DNA of 64,000 nucleotides, from the NCBI GenBank assembly GCA_945861145.1, contig CAMATL010000005.1, positions 2,653 to 66,652 on the forward strand. Direction: 5' to 3'. The DNA comes from a candidate division TM6 bacterium GW2011_GWF2_37_49. Its GTDB lineage: Bacteria; Babelota; Babeliae; Babelales; RVW-14. The notes below the pieces were generated by a model, which was not told the DNA's origin, made no database searches, and saw nothing but the letters and a program-made list of their open reading frames with translations. Shown here in pieces: positions 60,955 through 64,000 of the stretch (position 1 is its first letter; each line of letters begins with the position of its first letter). A program made the position numbers and the translations under genes.

Positions 60955-61073
60955 AGATTTACGTTGATTGTAAATTGGCTTTTTATACATAACGAACTTG
61001 TACAAAATAGATCAGTTCATCCTATTAATTTTTGGGGGTCAGTATAAGATGGGGTTTATTTTGTTTTTAAAAA

Positions 61074-61880
61074 ATGCTGGAGTTTGTTGTGTTGACCAAT
61101 ACATTTTGTCATATGTCGAACATTGGTCTTAAAAAAGAAATAGATTTGTGGCGGCAGGGAGTTCTTACTTGGCGTGATTATCGTAAGCATTTTCCTGAGA
61201 GTAATTGTTTAGATAAGTCTGAGGAACACCTTAGCAATAAAAACCCATCTTTTTTTGCCGGAGTATTGGATAGTGATCAATATTGGCGGCTGGTACCAGA
61301 CTTTCGCGATAGCATTGCTTATATCGACATAGAAACAACTGGTTTAAGTAAGGACTATAACGAAATTACCACGATTGCTCTTTATGACGGCAAAGACGTT
61401 CACACGTATGTTAATGGGCAAAATTTAGCCAAATTCAAAACCGACATCCAACAGTACAAAATGATTGTGACATATAATGGCAAGACGTTCGACGTGCCAT
61501 TTATTGAAAAATACTTTGGTATACAGTTAGAGCATGTGCATATTGATCTACGATACTTACTTAAAAATCTTGGTCTTACTGGCGGTTTGAAAATGATTGA
61601 ATACAAGCTTGGTATTGATCGCGGTGATTTGCGAGCTGTCGATGGTTTTTTTGCAGTTACTTTATGGCGAGAATATCAACGAAATAAGAATGCACATGCA
61701 CTTGAAACACTTCTGGCCTATAACTGTGCCGACGTTGTTAATTTGGAATATTTACTTTTGCATGTGTTTAATAAGAATCTTGAATCTACGCCGTTTCAAA
61801 GCCAGAAAATATTGCATTCTGCGGCGAGGGTTACAATTCCCTTTCAAGCAGATAAGAAGTTGATTGAGCGTTTATCCTAA
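61074..61880 (+). CDS. YprB/RNase_H_2-family exonuclease-like protein
   Basis: AYIDIETTGL, VTYNGKTFDVPFI, HIDL, GGLKMIE, YNCADV. Confidence 0.88.
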   Translation: MLEFVVLTNTFCHMSNIGLKKEIDLWRQGVLTWRDYRKHFPESNCLDKSEEHLSNKNPSFFAGVLDSDQYWRLVPDFRDSIAYIDIETTGLSKDYNEITTIALYDGKDVHTYVNGQNLAKFKTDIQQYKMIVTYNGKTFDVPFIEKYFGIQLEHVHIDLRYLLKNLGLTGGLKMIEYKLGIDRGDLRAVDGFFAVTLWREYQRNKNAHALETLLAYNCADVVNLEYLLLHVFNKNLESTPFQSQKILHSAARVTIPFQADKKLIERLS

Positions 61881-61902
61881 AATAAAAATTTTATGAGGCA
61901 TC

Positions 61903-62331
61903 ATGGTTGCGCTATTTGCTATTGCTCTACTAGAAAATAAAGACCAATTTCTTATGGTCCGGCGTATTGCCAACGCGCCCTTTGGTGGGGGCATGTATAG
62001 TCTTGTTGGCGGAAAAGTGGATGCAGGCGAATTGGGCTTACATGCCATTGTGCGAGAGGTTTATGAAGAGACTGGGTTAAATATTGCTCAGCAAAATTTT
62101 GAGCTAGTTCATACTTTCCATCGGAGAGGGATTGAATCAGAATTTATTGCTTTATGTTTTAAAGCTGATATTTCTCATTTACCTGCTCCTACCAACAAAG
62201 AGCCTGACAAGCATGACGATATGCGCTTTTTTTCGATAAATGATCTGCCAGAGAAAATGCTGTCTGGGCATAAACAAGCGATACAGTTGATTCAAAAGAA
62301 TATCCGATATTCGGAGCATGGCTGGGAATAA
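61903..62331 (+). CDS. NUDIX hydrolase
   Basis: GGKVDAGE..AIVREVYEETG; NKEPDKH. Confidence 0.9.
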   Translation: MVALFAIALLENKDQFLMVRRIANAPFGGGMYSLVGGKVDAGELGLHAIVREVYEETGLNIAQQNFELVHTFHRRGIESEFIALCFKADISHLPAPTNKEPDKHDDMRFFSINDLPEKMLSGHKQAIQLIQKNIRYSEHGWE

Positions 62332-62446
62332 GATCAGCTGTTTGTTGAAAAAAGAAGTGGTCCTGCCGTTGTTGAACGTGGCTATTTAAAATATTAATCA
62401 AAGGGCTGTCCTGAGAAATATATTAAGAACATCCTACAACACACTA

Positions 62447-63430
62447 ATGATTTTTTTATTATCTTTGTCTATTGCGTCCGCTTCAGATCTTTCCTCATCA
62501 CCGCTTGACCAAAAGGGCGGGAACGATTCCGCAAAAACAACTGATATTTTTGCTGAAGAGGGTGATTACGAAACTGCATTGGAAGCGATGCGCGTAAGTC
62601 AAAATTTTTATTGGCTTGTTGAAGGAGTGATTGCCGGCATGGCTCAGCCGAAAAAAAACAGTCAGACACTGCGCAATATAAAAACTCTTGGCATTGGCAC
62701 AGTAATTTCTCTCAATGGCTTTAGATCGGATTCATTGGGAGAAAATGATATCAATCATATAAGTTATGATCTTGAAGACCCAATTTTGATACCAAATCCT
62801 TTAATAGATGCTGAAGAATATGCCCGTTTTACTCGACTTCTCAAAGAAATGATCACTGCAACAGCTCGAACTTTTAGTGAAGAACCAAGCAAGGCAGTTG
62901 TTATTCATTGCGAATACGGTACCTCTCGAACAGGCGCGCTACTTGCAGCATGGTTACAAATTCACCACAAAGAAACAATTGAAGAGATAATAGAGGCACC
63001 TTACAGGCAAATTTCTAAACCAATTCAAAAAATAAAGAAATCTGCTCATCCAGGGATTTTTATGCTGCTTAAAAAAGAAAAAGATTTACTCGGCGAACTC
63101 CTTGCTCTGCGTCACCCAAAAGCAATAGCCTTAGCAAAAGCTCAATTAGATGACATTAGTGAAGTAAAATACGCGAACAAAGAAAGCGAGCATGAGAAAC
63201 CAACGCCCACAGGGCTGGGTGATGCTGATGATGAAACCAGCTGCGCCAAGCAACCCCTTATACTGCCACTAGAAAGTGATACAGAAGATGATTTGACCTA
63301 CGAAGAAGGGCCATGCCGTCCATTCATGTCTCTAAAAATATCACCAATACAAAATTCCGCTAACAATTCTTCAGAAGCTACTATCAAGCCTAAATCATGC
63401 ATGGATTGGTTAAGGGACTGCTTCAAATAA
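62447..63430 (+). CDS. Dual-specificity/tyrosine phosphatase-like protein, exported
   Basis: NFYWLVEGVIAGMAQP, GIGTVISLN, VVIHCEYGTSRTG (HCx5R); signal-like N-terminus (possible CTG start at 62411). Confidence 0.8.
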   Translation: MIFLLSLSIASASDLSSSPLDQKGGNDSAKTTDIFAEEGDYETALEAMRVSQNFYWLVEGVIAGMAQPKKNSQTLRNIKTLGIGTVISLNGFRSDSLGENDINHISYDLEDPILIPNPLIDAEEYARFTRLLKEMITATARTFSEEPSKAVVIHCEYGTSRTGALLAAWLQIHHKETIEEIIEAPYRQISKPIQKIKKSAHPGIFMLLKKEKDLLGELLALRHPKAIALAKAQLDDISEVKYANKESEHEKPTPTGLGDADDETSCAKQPLILPLESDTEDDLTYEEGPCRPFMSLKISPIQNSANNSSEATIKPKSCMDWLRDCFK

Positions 63431-63487
63431 AATCGATTCAACAGACCACGATTAAAATCGGCCACAACAAAACAAACTAAAACAAGC

Positions 63488-63522
63488 AAAAGCGCCCAGA
63501 AGTTTTCCTTCTGGGCGCTTTT
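63488..63522. terminator. Bidirectional terminator
   Basis: AAAAGCGCCCAGAAG-ttttc-CTTCTGGGCGCTTTT between convergent genes. Confidence 0.85.
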
Positions 63523-63543
63523 TATTAACGGGAAAATGGGGGC

Positions 63544-64000
63544 TTAGTACATGCCGCCCATACCGCCCATGCCTGGGTGACCATGGCCACCGCCTGCTTG
63601 AGCAGCTGATTTTTCTTCAGGGATATCTGAGATCATAGCTTCTGTTGTTAGAAGCAATCCAGCGATTGAAGATGCGTTTTGCAACGCGAAGCGAGCAACC
63701 TTGGTTGGATCTACAACGCCAGCTTTAACCAAGTCAACATAAGCTTCTGAGCGAGCATCAAAGCCTATATTACCTGTCGCATTTTTCACTTTATCAACAA
63801 CCACTGACGGTTCAAAGCCAGCATTTTGCGCAATGATGCGAATAGGTTCTTCAAGTGCACGGCGTACGATAACAACGCCAATTGCTTGATCGCCTTCAAG
63901 CTTAAGAGCTTCAAGCACTTTTTGGGTGCGTAAAAGCGCCAAGCCACCACCAGCAACAATGCCTTCTTCAACTGCAGCACGTGTTGCATGCAGAGCATCG
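63544..64000 (-). CDS. groL: Chaperonin GroEL (3' part; continues beyond the window)
   Basis: [44 protein letters not shown] tail. Confidence 0.97.
   Translation of the reverse strand, partial: DALHATRAAVEEGIVAGGGLALLRTQKVLEALKLEGDQAIGVVIVRRALEEPIRIIAQNAGFEPSVVVDKVKNATGNIGFDARSEAYVDLVKAGVVDPTKVARFALQNASSIAGLLLTTEAMISDIPEEKSAAQAGGGHGHPGMGGMGGMY

Overview
Low-GC bacterial chromosome segment. Gene content and style suggest a host-dependent lineage such as Candidatus Dependentiae/Babeliae (TM6); this is inference, not a database result. The core carries leuS, uvrB, fis-holA-lptE-rph-pnp-rpsO, the rpoC-rpoB-rplL/J/A/K-nusG-secE-rpmG cluster with tRNAs but no tuf, isolated atpG and rpsI, murA, kdsB, tdk, radA, putP, glmS, gyrB and the 3' end of groEL. 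The left end (1-3.7 kb) holds a compact polymorphic toxin locus: signal peptide + Hint domain + Ntox35-like tip with its putative immunity gene, a decayed IS30, an orphan toxin tip and a second immunity gene built of two tandem domains. Other notable signals are a family of paired palindromic (REP/RPE-like) elements, one of which appears to be read in frame in an LptE-like gene, and several signal-peptide-bearing enzymes and paralogous unknown proteins that are candidate host-directed effectors. Core proteins show unusual substitutions: LeuRS editing site, L11 proline motif and a Cys-rich insert in RpoB. No CRISPR array or rRNA was seen.
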